Positions 1 through 11,727 are shown, counted from the first letter of the stretch. The stretch: 64,000 nucleotides of DNA from Auanema rhodensis (GCA_964057225.1 OZ059899.1:10230001-10294000), one strand, 5' to 3'. The notes: a model not told the origin generated them from the letters alone. Numbers and translations: made by a program.

Positions 1-207
1 ACTGATCCTGATTTCTCTATGATTACATAAAACTCTCGTTTGATATACAAAAAGGAGAGGAATAACGTTTCCAGGATATCAATGATATCGAATCTAGTGA
101 TATTGTAGAAAAATGTAATGTCAGCTCCATAGTTTTTCTCTAAATTTCTCTCATCACAATAGTCTTATTTTTTTTTCATAAGAGTTTCTGAAATCTTAGT
201 TGAACAA

Positions 208-279
208 GGCCGCGTGGCGCAATGGATAACGCGTCTGCCTACGGAGCAGAAGATTGTAGGTTCGAATCCTGCCGTGTCG
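208..279 (+). pseudogene. trnR-ACG: tRNA-Arg(ACG) with 1-nt deletion in the 3' acceptor strand (type A flank)
   Basis: Ends ...CCTGCCGTGTCG instead of ...CCTGCCGTGGTCG (72 nt). A and B boxes are intact. Confidence 0.75.
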
Positions 280-822
280 TAAATTTTTTTCATTTGACTT
301 GTCATTTACAAAAATCAAATTTATCTTCTTCAACGATTATTTTTGCAATGTGTCATAAAAATTTCACAGTTGAACAAAACGTTTTTTAAGAATTTTTTTT
401 GTTGTCAACATATATATTTTCCTGGAATTCGAAAGCATTTGGGATGGAAATTAGAAAGAAAAGAACTAGTTTTTCCTATTTTAAAACAAACAAAAAAAAA
501 TAAAATGAAAAAGATTGTTAGATATCCAATTTAAACTTATACATTTACTTCGATAAAGAGCCTATTAGTTTGAAATTTTATGTCTTACAGTTCTCCAACA
601 GAACAGACTGATCCTGATTTCTCTATGATTACATAAAATTCTCGTTTGATATAAAAAAAGAAGAGGAATAACGTTTCCAGGATGTCAATGATATCGAATC
701 TAGTGATATTGTAAAAAAATGTAATGTCAGCTCCATAGGTTTTCTCTTAATTTCTCTCATCACAATTGTCTTAGTTTTTTTTCTCATAAGAGTTCCTGAA
801 ATCTTAGGTGAACAAGGCCGCG

Positions 823-833
823 TGGCGCAATGG
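823..833 (+). promoter_or_regulatory. Pol III A box (representative; present in all 26 copies)
   Basis: TGGCGCAATGG at tRNA positions 8-18 fits TRGCNNARYGG. Confidence 0.9.
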
Positions 834-866
834 ATAACGCGTCTGCCTACGGAGCAGAAGATTGTA

Positions 867-877
867 GGTTCGAATCC
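867..877 (+). promoter_or_regulatory. Pol III B box (representative; present in all 26 copies)
   Basis: GGTTCGAATCC is a perfect match to GGTTCGANNCC. Confidence 0.93.
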
Positions 878-892
878 TGCCGTGGTCGTAAA

Positions 893-899
893 TTTTTTT
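893..899 (+). terminator. Pol III oligo-dT terminator (representative; follows every tRNA copy)
   Basis: TTTTTTT follows a 4-nt spacer (TAAA) after the discriminator base. Confidence 0.9.
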
Positions 900-1833
900 C
901 ATTTCACTTGTCATTTACAAAAATTAAATTTATCTTCTTCAACGATTATTTTTGCAATGTGTCATAAAAATTTCACAGTTGAACAAAAAGTTTTTTGAGA
1001 ATTTTTTTTGTTGTCAACATATATATTTTCCTGGAATTCGAAAGCATTTGGGATGGAAATTAGAAAGAAAAGAACTAGTTTTTCCTATTTTAAAACAAAC
1101 AAAAAAAATAAAATGAAAAAGATTGTTAGATATCCAATTTAAACTTATACATTTACTTCGATAAAGAGCCTATTAGTTTGAAATTTTATGTCTTACAGTT
1201 CTCCAACAGAACAGACTGATCCTGATTTCTCTATGATTACATAAAACTCTCGTTTGATATACAAAAAGGAGAGGAATAACGTGTCCAGGATATCAATGAT
1301 ATCGAATCTAGTGATATTGTAGAAAAATGTAATGTCAGCTCCATAGGTTTTCTCTTAATTTCTCTCATTACAATTGTCTTAGTTTTTTTTCTCATAAGAG
1401 TTTCTGAAATCTTAGGTGAACAAGGCCGTATATATTTTTTTCTGGAATTCGAAAGCATTTGGGATGGAAATTAGAAAGAAAAGAACTAGTTTTTCCTACT
1501 TTAAAACAAACAATAAGAAATAAAATAAAAAAGATTGTTAGATATCCAATTTAAACTTATACATTTACTTCGATAAAGAGCCTATTAGTTTGAAATTTTA
1601 TGTCTTACAGTTCTCCAACAGAACAGACTGATCCTGATTTCTCTATGATTACATAAAACTCTCGTTTGATATACAAAAAGGAGAGGAATAACGTTTCCAG
1701 GATATCAATGATATCGAATCTAGTGATATTGTAGAAAAATGTAATGTCAGCTCCATAGTTTTTCTCTAAATTTCTCTCATCACAATAGTCTTATTTTTTT
1801 TTCATAAGAGTTTCTGAAATCTTAGTTGAACAA

Positions 1834-1906
1834 GGCCGCGTGGCGCAATGGATAACGCGTCTGCCTACGGAGCAGAAGATTGTAGGTTCGAATCCTGCCG
1901 TGGTCG
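1834..1906 (+). tRNA. trnR-ACG: tRNA-Arg(ACG), type A flank
   Basis: Same 73-nt sequence as 816-888, followed by T7. Confidence 0.97.
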
Positions 1907-2442
1907 TAAATTTTTTTCATTTGACTTGTCATTTACAAAAATCAAATTTATCTTCTTCAACGATTATTTTTGCAATGTGTCATAAAAATTTCACAGTTGA
2001 ACAAAACGTTTTTTAAGAATTTTTTTTGTTGTCAACATATATATTTTCCTGGAATTCGAAAGCATTTGGGATGGAAATTAGAAAGAAAAGAACTAGTTTT
2101 TCCTATTTTAAAACAAACAAAAAAAAATAAAATGAAAAAGATTGTTAGATATCCAATTTAAACTTATACATTTACTTCGATAAAGAGCCTATTAGTTTGA
2201 AATTTTATGTCTTACAGTTCTCCAACAGAACAGACTGATCCTGATTTCTCTATGATTACATAAAATTCTCGTTTGATATAAAAAAAGAAGAGGAATAACG
2301 TTTCCAGGATGTCAATGATATCGAATCTAGTGATATTGTAAACAAATGTAATGTCAGCTCCATAGGTTTTCTCTTAATTTCTCTCATCACAATTGTCTTA
2401 GTTTTTTTTCTCATAAGAGTTTCTGAAATCTTAGGTGAACAA

Positions 2443-2515
2443 GGCCGCGTGGCGCAATGGATAACGCGTCTGCCTACGGAGCAGAAGATTGTAGGTTCGA
2501 ATCCTGCCGTGGTCG
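2443..2515 (+). tRNA. trnR-ACG: tRNA-Arg(ACG), type B flank
   Basis: Same 73-nt sequence as 816-888, followed by T7. Confidence 0.97.
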
Positions 2516-5500
2516 TAAATTTTTTTCATTTCACTTGTCATTTACAAAAATTAAATTTATCTTCTTCAACGATTATTTTTGCAATGTGTCATAAAAATTT
2601 CACAGTTGAACAAAAAGTTTTTTGAGAATTTTTTTTGTTGTCAACATATATATTTTCCTGGAATTCGAAAGCATTTGGGATGGAAATTAGAAAGAAAAGA
2701 ACTAGTTTTTCCTATTTTAAAACAAACAAAAAAAAATAAAATGAAAAAGATTGTTAGATATCCAATTTAAACTTATACATTTACTTCGATAAAGAGCCTA
2801 TTAGTTTGAAATTTTATGTCTTACAGTTCTCCAACAGAACAGACTGATCCTGATTTCTCTATGATTACATAAAACTCTCGTTTGATATACAAAAAGGAGA
2901 GGAATAACGTGTCCAGGATATCAATGATATCGAATCTAGTGATATTGTAGAAAAATGTAATGTCAGCTCCATAGGTTTTCTCTTAATTTCTCTCATCACA
3001 ATTGTCTTAGTTTTTTTTCTCATAAGAGTTTCTGAAATCTTAGGTGAACAAGGCCGTATATATTTTTTTCTGGAATTCGAAAGCATTTGGGATGGATATT
3101 AGAAGGAAAAGAACTAATTTTTCCTACTTTAAAACAAACAATAAGAAATAAAATAAAAAAGATTGTTAGATATCCAATTTAAACTTATACATTTACTTTG
3201 ATAAAGAGCCTATTAGTTTGAAATTTTATGTCTTACAGTTCTCCAACAGAACAGACTGATCCTGATTTCTCTATGATTACATAAAACTCTCGTTTGATAT
3301 AAAAAAAGAAGAGGAATAACGTTTCCAGGATGTCAATGATATCGAATCTAGTGATATTGTAGAAAAATGTAATGTCAGCTCCATAGGTTTTCTCTTAATT
3401 TCTCTCATCACAATTGTCTTAGTTTTTTTTCTCATTAGAGTTTCTGAAATCTTAGGTGAACAAGGCCGTATATATTTTTTTCTAGAATTCGAAAGCATTT
3501 GGGATGGACATTAGAAGTAAAAGAACTAGTTTTTCCTACTTTAAAACAAACAAAAAAAATAAAATGAAAAAGATTGTTAGATATCCAATTTAAACTTATA
3601 CATTTACTTCGATAAAGAGACTATTAGTTTGAAATTTTATGTCTTACAGTTCTCCAACAGAACAGACTGATCCTGATTTCTCTATGATTATATAAAACTC
3701 TCGTTTGATATAAAAAAAGAAGAGGAATAACGTTTCCAGGATGTCAATGATATCGAATCTAGTGATATTGTAGAAAAATGTAATGTCAGCTCCATAGGTT
3801 TTCTCTTAATTTCTTCCATCACAATTGTCTTAGTTTTTTTTCTCATAAGAGTTTCTGAAATCTTAGGTGAACAAGGCCGTATATATTTTTTTCTGGAATT
3901 CGAAAGCATTTGGGTTGGAAATTAGAAAGAAAAGAACTAATTTTTCCTACTTTAAAACAAACAATAAGAAATAAAATAAAAAAGATTGTTAGATATCCAA
4001 TTTAAACTTATACAATTACTTCGATAAAGAGCCTATTAGTTTGAAATTTTATGTCTTACAGTTCTCCAACAGAACAGACTGATCCTGATTTCTCTATGAT
4101 TACATAAAACTCTCGTTTGATATAAAAAAAGAAGAGGAATAACGTTTCCAGGATGTCAATGATATCGAATCTAGTGATATTGTAGAAAAATGTAATGTCA
4201 GCTCCATAGGTTTTCTCTTAATTTCTCTCATCACAATTGTCTTAGTTTTTTTTCTCATAAGAGTTTCTGAAATCTTAGGTGAACAAGGCCGTATATATTT
4301 TTTTCTGGAATTCGAAAGCATTTGGGATGGAAATTAGAAAGAAAAGAACTAGTTTTTCCTACTTTAAAACAAACAATAAGAAATAAAATAAAAAAGATTG
4401 TTAGATATCCAATTTAAACTTATACATTTACTTCGATAAAGAGCCTATTAGTTTGAAATTTTATGTCTTACAGTTCTCCAACAGAACAGACTGATCCTGA
4501 TTTCTCTATGATTATATAAAACTCTCGTTTGATATAAAAAAAGAAGAGGAATAACGTTTCCAGGATGTCAATGATATCGAATCTAGTGATATTGTAGAAA
4601 AATGTAATGTCAGCTCCATAGGTTTTCTCTTAATTTCTCTCATCACAATTGTCTTAGTTTTTTTTCTCATAAGAGTTTCTGAAATCTTAGGTGAACAAGG
4701 CCGTATATATTTTTTTCTGGAATTCGAAAGCATTTGGGATGGAAATTAGAAAGAAAAGAACTAGTTTTTCCTACTTTAAAACAAACAATAAGAAATAAAA
4801 TAAAAAAGATTGTTAGATATCCAATTTAAACTTATACATTTACTTCGATAAAGAGCCTATTAGTTTGAAATTTTATGTCTTACAGTTTTCCAACAGAACA
4901 GACTGATCCTGATTTCTCTATGATTATATAAAAATCTCGTTTGATATAAAAAAAGAAGAGGAATAACATTTCCAGGATGTCAATGATATCGAATCTAGTG
5001 ATATTGTAGAAAAATGTAATGTCAGCTCCATAGGTTTTCTCTTAATTTCTCTCATCACAATTGTCTTAGTTTTTTTTCTCATAAGAGTTTCTGAAATCTT
5101 AGGTGAACAAGGCCGTATATATTTTTTTCTGGAATTCGAAAGCATTTGGGATGGAAATTAGAAAGAAAAGAACTAGTTTTTCCTATTTTAAAACAAACAA
5201 AAAAAAATAAAATGAAAAAGATTGTTAGATATCCAATTTAAACTTATACATTTACTTCGATAAAGAGCCTATTAGTTTGAAATTTTATGTCTTACAGTTC
5301 TCCAACAGAACAGACTGATCCTGATTTCTCTATGATTATATAAAACTCTCGTTTGATATAAAAAAAGAAGAGGAATAACGTTTCCAGGATGTCAATGATA
5401 TCGAATCTAGTGATATTGTAGAAAAATGTAATGTCAGCTCCATAGGTTTTCTCTTAATTTCTCTCATCACAATTGTCTTAGTTTTTTTTCTCATAAGAGT

Positions 5501-7168
5501 TTCTGAAATCTTAGGTGAACAAGGCCGTATATTTTTTTTTCTGGAATTCGAAAGCATTTGAGATGGAAATTAGAAAGAAAAGAACTAGTTTTTCCTACTT
5601 TAAAACAAACAATAAGAAATAAAATAAAAAAGATTGTTAGATATCCAATTTAAACTTATACATTTACTTCGATAAAGAGCCTATTAGTTTGAAATTTTAT
5701 GTCTTACAGTTCTCCAACAGAACAGACTGATCCTGATTTCTCTATGATTATATAAAAATCTCGTTTGATATAAAAAAAGAAGAGGAATAACATTTCCAGG
5801 ATGTCAATGATATCGAATCTAGTGATATTGTAGAAAAATGTAATGTCAGCTCCATAGGTTTTCTCTTAATTTCTCTCATCACAATTGTCTTAGTTTTTTT
5901 TCTCATAAGAGTTTCTGAAATCTTAGGTGAACAAGGCCGTATATATTTTTTTCTGGAATTCGAAAGCATTTGGGATGGAAATTAGAAAGAAAAGAACTAG
6001 TTTTTCCTATTTTAAAACAAACAAAAAAAAATAAAATGAAAAAGATTGTTAGATATCCAATTTAAACTTATACATTTACTTCGATAAAGAGCCTATTAGT
6101 TTGAAATTTTATGTCTTACAGTTCTCCAACAGAACAGACTGATCCTGATTTCTCTATGATTACATAAAACTCTCGTTTGATATACAAAAAGGAGAGGAAT
6201 AACGTGTCCAGGATATCAATGATATCGAATCTAGTGATATTGTAGAAAAATGTAATGTCAGCTCCATAGGTTTTCTCTTAATTTCTCTCATCACAATTGT
6301 GTTAGTTTTTTTTCTCATTAGAGTTTCTGAAATCTTAGGTGAACAAGGCCGTATATATTTTTTTCTGGAATTCGAAAGCATTTGGGATGGACATTAGAAG
6401 TAAAAGAACTAGTTTTTCCTACTTTAAAACAAACAAAAAAAAATAAAATGAAAAAGATTGTTAGATATCCAATTTAAACTTATACATTTGCTTTGATAAA
6501 GAGCCTATTAGTTTGAAATTTTATGTCTTACAGTTCTCCAACAGAACAGACTGATCCTGATTTCTCTATGATTACATAAAACTATCGTTTGATATAAAAA
6601 AAGAAGAGGAATAACGTTTCCAGGATGTCAATGATATCGAATCTAGTGATATTGTAAAAAAATGTAATGTCAGCTCCATAAGTTTTCTCTTAATTTCTCT
6701 CATCACAATTGTCTTAGTTTTTTTTCTCATAAGAGTTTCTGAAATCTTAGGTGAACAAGGCCGTATATATTTTTTTCTGGAATTCGAAAGCATTTGGGAT
6801 GGAAATTAGAAAGAAAAGAACTAGTTTTTCCTACTTTAAAACATACAATAAGAAATAAAATAAAAAAGATTGTTAGATATCCAATTTAAACTTATACATT
6901 TACTTCGATAAAGAGCCTATTAGTTTGAAATTTTATGTCTTACAGTTCTCCAACAGAACAGACTGATCCTGATTTCTCTATGATTACATAAAACTCTCGT
7001 TTGATATACAAAAAGGAGAGGAATAACGTTTCCAGGATATCAATGATATCGAATCTAGTGATATTGTAGAAAAATGTAATGTCAGCTCCATAGTTTTTCT
7101 CTAAATTTCTCTCATCACAATAGTCTTATTTTTTTTTCATAAGAGTTTCTGAAATCTTAGTTGAACAA

Positions 7169-7241
7169 GGCCGCGTGGCGCAATGGATAACGCGTCTGCC
7201 TACGGAGCAGAAGATTGTAGGTTCGAATCCTGCCGTGGTCG
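7169..7241 (+). tRNA. trnR-ACG: tRNA-Arg(ACG), type A flank
   Basis: Same 73-nt sequence as 816-888, followed by T7. Confidence 0.97.
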
Positions 7242-8599
7242 TAAATTTTTTTCATTTGACTTGTCATTTACAAAAATCAAATTTATCTTCTTCAACGATT
7301 ATTTTTGCAATGTGTCATAAAAATTTCACAGTTGAACAAAACGTTTTTTAAGAATTTTTTTTGTTGTCAACATATATATTTTCCTGGAATTCGAAAGCAT
7401 TTGGGATGGAAATTAGAAAGAAAAGAACTAGTTTTTCCTATTTTAAAACAAACAAAAAAAAATAAAATGAAAAAGATTGTTAGATATCCAATTTAAACTT
7501 ATACATTTACTTCGATAAAGAGCCTATTAGTTTGAAATTTTATGTCTTACAGTTCTCCAACAGAACAGACTGATCCTGATTTCTCTATGATTACATAAAA
7601 TTCTCGTTTGATATAAAAAAAGAAGAGGAATAACGTTTCCAGGATGTCAATGATATCGAATCTAGTGATATTGTAAAAAAATGTAATGTCAGCTCCATAG
7701 GTTTTCTCTTAATTTCTCTTATCACAATTGTCTTAGTTTTTTTTCTCATAAGAGTTTCTGAAATCTTAGGTGAACAAGGCCGTATATATTTTTTTCTGGA
7801 ATTCGAAAGCATTTGGGATGGAAATTAGAAAGAAAAGAACTAGTTTTTCCTACTTTAAAACGAACAATAAGAAATAAAATAAAAAAGATTGTTAGATATC
7901 CAATTTAAACTTATACATTTACTTCGATAAAGAGCCTATTAGTTTGAAATTTTATGTCTTACAGTTCTCCAACAGAACAGACTGATCCTGATTTCTCTAT
8001 GATTACATAAAACTCTCGTTTGATATACAAAAAGAAGAGGAATAACATTTCCAGGATGTCAATGATATCGAATCTAGTGATATTGTAGAAAAATGTAATG
8101 TCAGCTCCATAGGTTTTCTCTTAATTTCTCTCATCACAATTGTCTTAGTTTTTTTTCTCATAAGAGTTTCTGAAATCTTAGGTGAACAAGGCCGTATATA
8201 TTTTTTTCTGGAATTCGAAAACATTTGGGATGGAAATTAGAAGGAAAAGAACTAGTTTCTCCTACTTTAAAACAAACAATAAGAAATAAAATAAAAAAGA
8301 TTGTTAGATATCCAATTTAAACTTATACATTTACTTTGATAAAGAGCCTATTAGTTTGAAATTTTATGTCTTACAGTTCTCCAACAGAACAGACTGATCC
8401 TGATTTCTCTATGATTACATAAAACTCTCGTTTGATATACAAAAAGGAGAGGAATAACGTTTCCAGGATATCAATGATATCGAATCTAGTGATATTGTAG
8501 AAAAATGTAATGTCAGCTCCATAGTTTTTCTCTAAATTTCTCTCATCACAATAGTCTTATTTTTTTTTCATAAGAGTTTCTGAAATCTTAGTTGAACAA

Positions 8600-8672
8600 G
8601 GCCGCGTGGCGCAATGGATAACGCGTCTGCCTACGGAGCAGAAGATTGTAGGTTCGAATCCTGCCGTGGTCG
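8600..8672 (+). tRNA. trnR-ACG: tRNA-Arg(ACG), type A flank
   Basis: Same 73-nt sequence as 816-888, followed by T7. Confidence 0.97.
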
Positions 8673-10028
8673 TAAATTTTTTTCATTTGACTTGTCATTT
8701 ACAAAAATCAAATTTATCTTCTTCAACGATTATTTTTGCAATGTGTCATATAAATTTCACAGTTGAACAAAACGTTTTTTAAGAATTTTTTTTGTTGTCA
8801 ACATATATATTTTCCTGGAATTCGAAAGCATTTGGGATGGAAATTAGAAAGAAAAGAACTAGTTTTTCCTATTTTAAAACAAACAAAAAAAAATAAAATG
8901 AAAAAGATTGTTAGATATCCAATTCAAACTTATACATTTACTTCGATAAAGAGCCTATTAGTTTGAAATTTTATGTCTTACAGTTCTCCAACAGAACAGA
9001 CTGATCCTGATTTCTCTATGATTACATAAAACTCTCGTTTGATATAAAAAAAGAAGAGGAATAACGTTTCCAGGATGTCAATGATATCGAATCTAGTGAT
9101 ATTGTAGAAAAATGTAATGTCAGCTCCATAGGTTTTCTCTTAATTTCTCTCATCACAATTGTGTTAGTTTTTTTTCTCATTAGAGTTTCTGAAATCTTAG
9201 GTGAACAAGGCCGTATATATTTTTTTATGGAATTCGAAAGCATTTGGGATGGAAATTAGAAAGAAAAGAACTAGTTTTTCCTACTTTAAAACATACAATA
9301 AGAAATAAAATAAAAAAGATTGTTAGATATCCAATTTAAACTTATACATTTACTTCGATAAAGAGCCTATTAGTTTGAAATTTTATGTCTTACAGTTCTC
9401 CAACAGAACAGACTGATCCTGATTTCTCTATGATTACATAAAACTCTCGTTTGATATACAAAAAGGAGAGGAATAACGTTTCCAGGATATCAATGATATC
9501 GAATCTAGTGATATTGTAGAAAAATGTAATGTCAGCTCCATAGTTTTTCTCTTAATTTCTCTCATCACAATAGTCTTATTTTTTTTTCATAAGAGTTTCT
9601 GAAATCTTAGTTGAACAAGGCCGTATATATTTTTTTCTGGAATTCGAAAGCATTTGGGATGGATATTAGAAGGAAAAGAACTAGCTTTTCCTACTTTAAA
9701 ACAAACAATAAGAAATAAAATAAAAAAGATTGTTAGATATCCAATTTAAACTTATACATTTACTTCGATAAAGAGCCTATTAGTTTGAAATTTTATGTCT
9801 TACAGTTCTCCAACAGAACAGACTGATCCTGATTTCTCTATGATTACATAAAACTCTCGTTTGATATACAAAAAGGAGAGGAATAACGTTTCCAGGATAT
9901 CAATGATATCGAATCTAGTGATATTGTAGAAAAATGTAATGTCAGCTCCATAGTTTTTCTCTAAATTTCTCTCATCACAATAGTCTTATTTTTTTTTCAT
10001 AAGAGTTTCTGAAATCTTAGTTGAACAA

Positions 10029-10100
10029 GGCCGCGTGGCGCAATGGATAACGCGTCTGCCTACGGAGCAGAAGATTGTAGGTTCGAATCCTGCCGTGTCG
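10029..10100 (+). pseudogene. trnR-ACG: tRNA-Arg(ACG) with 1-nt deletion in the 3' acceptor strand (type A flank)
   Basis: Same ...CCGTGTCG lesion as 208-279, exactly 9821 bp downstream. Confidence 0.75.
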
Positions 10101-10636
10101 TAAATTTTTTTCATTTGACTTGTCATTTACAAAAATCAAATTTATCTTCTTCAACGATTATTTTTGCAATGTGTCATAAAAATTTCACAGTTGAACAAAA
10201 CGTTTTTTAAGAATTTTTTTTGTTGTCAACATATATATTTTCCTGGAATTCGAAAGCATTTGGGATGGAAATTAGAAAGAAAAGAACTAGTTTTTCCTAT
10301 TTTAAAACAAACAAAAAAAAATAAAATGAAAAAGATTGTTAGATATCCAATTTAAACTTATACATTTACTTCGATAAAGAGCCTATTAGTTTGAAATTTT
10401 ATGTCTTACAGTTCTCCAACAGAACAGACTGATCCTGATTTCTCTATGATTACATAAAATTCTCGTTTGATATAAAAAAAGAAGAGGAATAACGTTTCCA
10501 GGATGTCAATGATATCGAATCTAGTGATATTGTAAAAAAATGTAATGTCAGCTCCATAGGTTTTCTCTTAATTTCTCTCATCACAATTGTCTTAGTTTTT
10601 TTTCTCATAAGAGTTTCTGAAATCTTAGGTGAACAA

Positions 10637-10709
10637 GGCCGCGTGGCGCAATGGATAACGCGTCTGCCTACGGAGCAGAAGATTGTAGGTTCGAATCCTG
10701 CCGTGGTCG
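10637..10709 (+). tRNA. trnR-ACG: tRNA-Arg(ACG), type B flank
   Basis: Same 73-nt sequence as 816-888, followed by T7. Confidence 0.97.
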
Positions 10710-11654
10710 TAAATTTTTTTCATTTCACTTGTCATTTACAAAAATTAAATTTATCTTCTTCAACGATTATTTTTGCAATGTGTCATAAAAATTTCACAGT
10801 TGAACAAAAAGTTTTTTGAGAATTTTTTTTGTTGTCAACATATATATTTTCCTGGAATTCGAAAGCATTTGGGATGGAAATTAGAAAGAAAAGAACTAGT
10901 TTTTCCTATTTTAAAACAAACAAAAAAAATAAAATGAAAAAGATTGTTAGATATCCAATTTAAACTTATACATTTACTTCGATAAAGAGCCTATTAGTTT
11001 GAAATTTTATGTCTTACAGTTCTCCAACAGAACAGACTGATCCTGATTTCTCTATGATTACATAAAACTCTCGTTTGATATACAAAAAGGAGAGGAATAA
11101 CGTGTCCAGGATATCAATGATATCGAATCTAGTGATATTGTAGAAAAATGTAATGTCAGCTCCATAGGTTTTCTCTTAATTTCTCTCATCACAATTGTCT
11201 TAGTTTTTTTTCTCATAAGAGTTTCTGAAATCTTAGGTGAACAAGGCCGTATATATTTTTTTCTGGAATTCGAAAGCATTTGGGATGGAAATTAGAAAGA
11301 AAAGAACTAGTTTTTCCTACTTTAAAACAAACAATAAGAAATAAAATAAAAAAGATTGTTAGATATCCAATTTAAACTTATACATTTACTTCGATAAAGA
11401 GCCTATTAGTTTGAAATTTTATGTCTTACAGTTCTCCAACAGAACAGACTGATCCTGATTTCTCTATGATTACATAAAACTCTCGTTTGATATACAAAAA
11501 GGAGAGGAATAACGTTTCCAGGATATCAATGATATCGAATCTAGTGATATTGTAGAAAAATGTAATGTCAGCTCCATAGTTTTTCTCTAAATTTCTCTCA
11601 TCACAATAGTCTTATTTTTTTTTCATAAGAGTTTCTGAAATCTTAGTTGAACAA

Positions 11655-11727
11655 GGCCGCGTGGCGCAATGGATAACGCGTCTGCCTACGGAGCAGAAGA
11701 TTGTAGGTTCGAATCCTGCCGTGGTCG
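11655..11727 (+). tRNA. trnR-ACG: tRNA-Arg(ACG), type A flank
   Basis: Same 73-nt sequence as 816-888, followed by T7. Confidence 0.97.

Larger units (their letters stand above)
816..888 (+). tRNA. trnR-ACG: tRNA-Arg(ACG), type B flank
   Basis: 73-nt cloverleaf: acceptor GGCCGCG/CGTGGTC, anticodon arm TCTGC-CTACGGA-GCAGA, T arm GTAGG-TTCGAAT-CCTGC, discriminator G, A20 Arg identity base, no CCA, followed by T7. Confidence 0.97.

Noticed and set aside
576-690. Splice-acceptor-like motifs (TTTTATGTCTTACAG, TTTCCAG) suggesting a repeated exon
   Set aside because: No consistent donor site or conserved open frame was found, and such motifs are expected by chance in T-rich DNA.
864-880. T.G pair in the T stem and two G.T pairs in the acceptor stem as signs of pseudogenisation
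   Set aside because: G.U wobble pairs are tolerated in tRNA stems, they are shared by all intact copies, and the conserved loop bases are present.
816-1030. tRNA-derived SINE
   Set aside because: The tRNA is a complete canonical cloverleaf followed almost at once by a T7 terminator. There is no LINE-like or poly(A) tail, and copies are tandem with shared flanks rather than dispersed.
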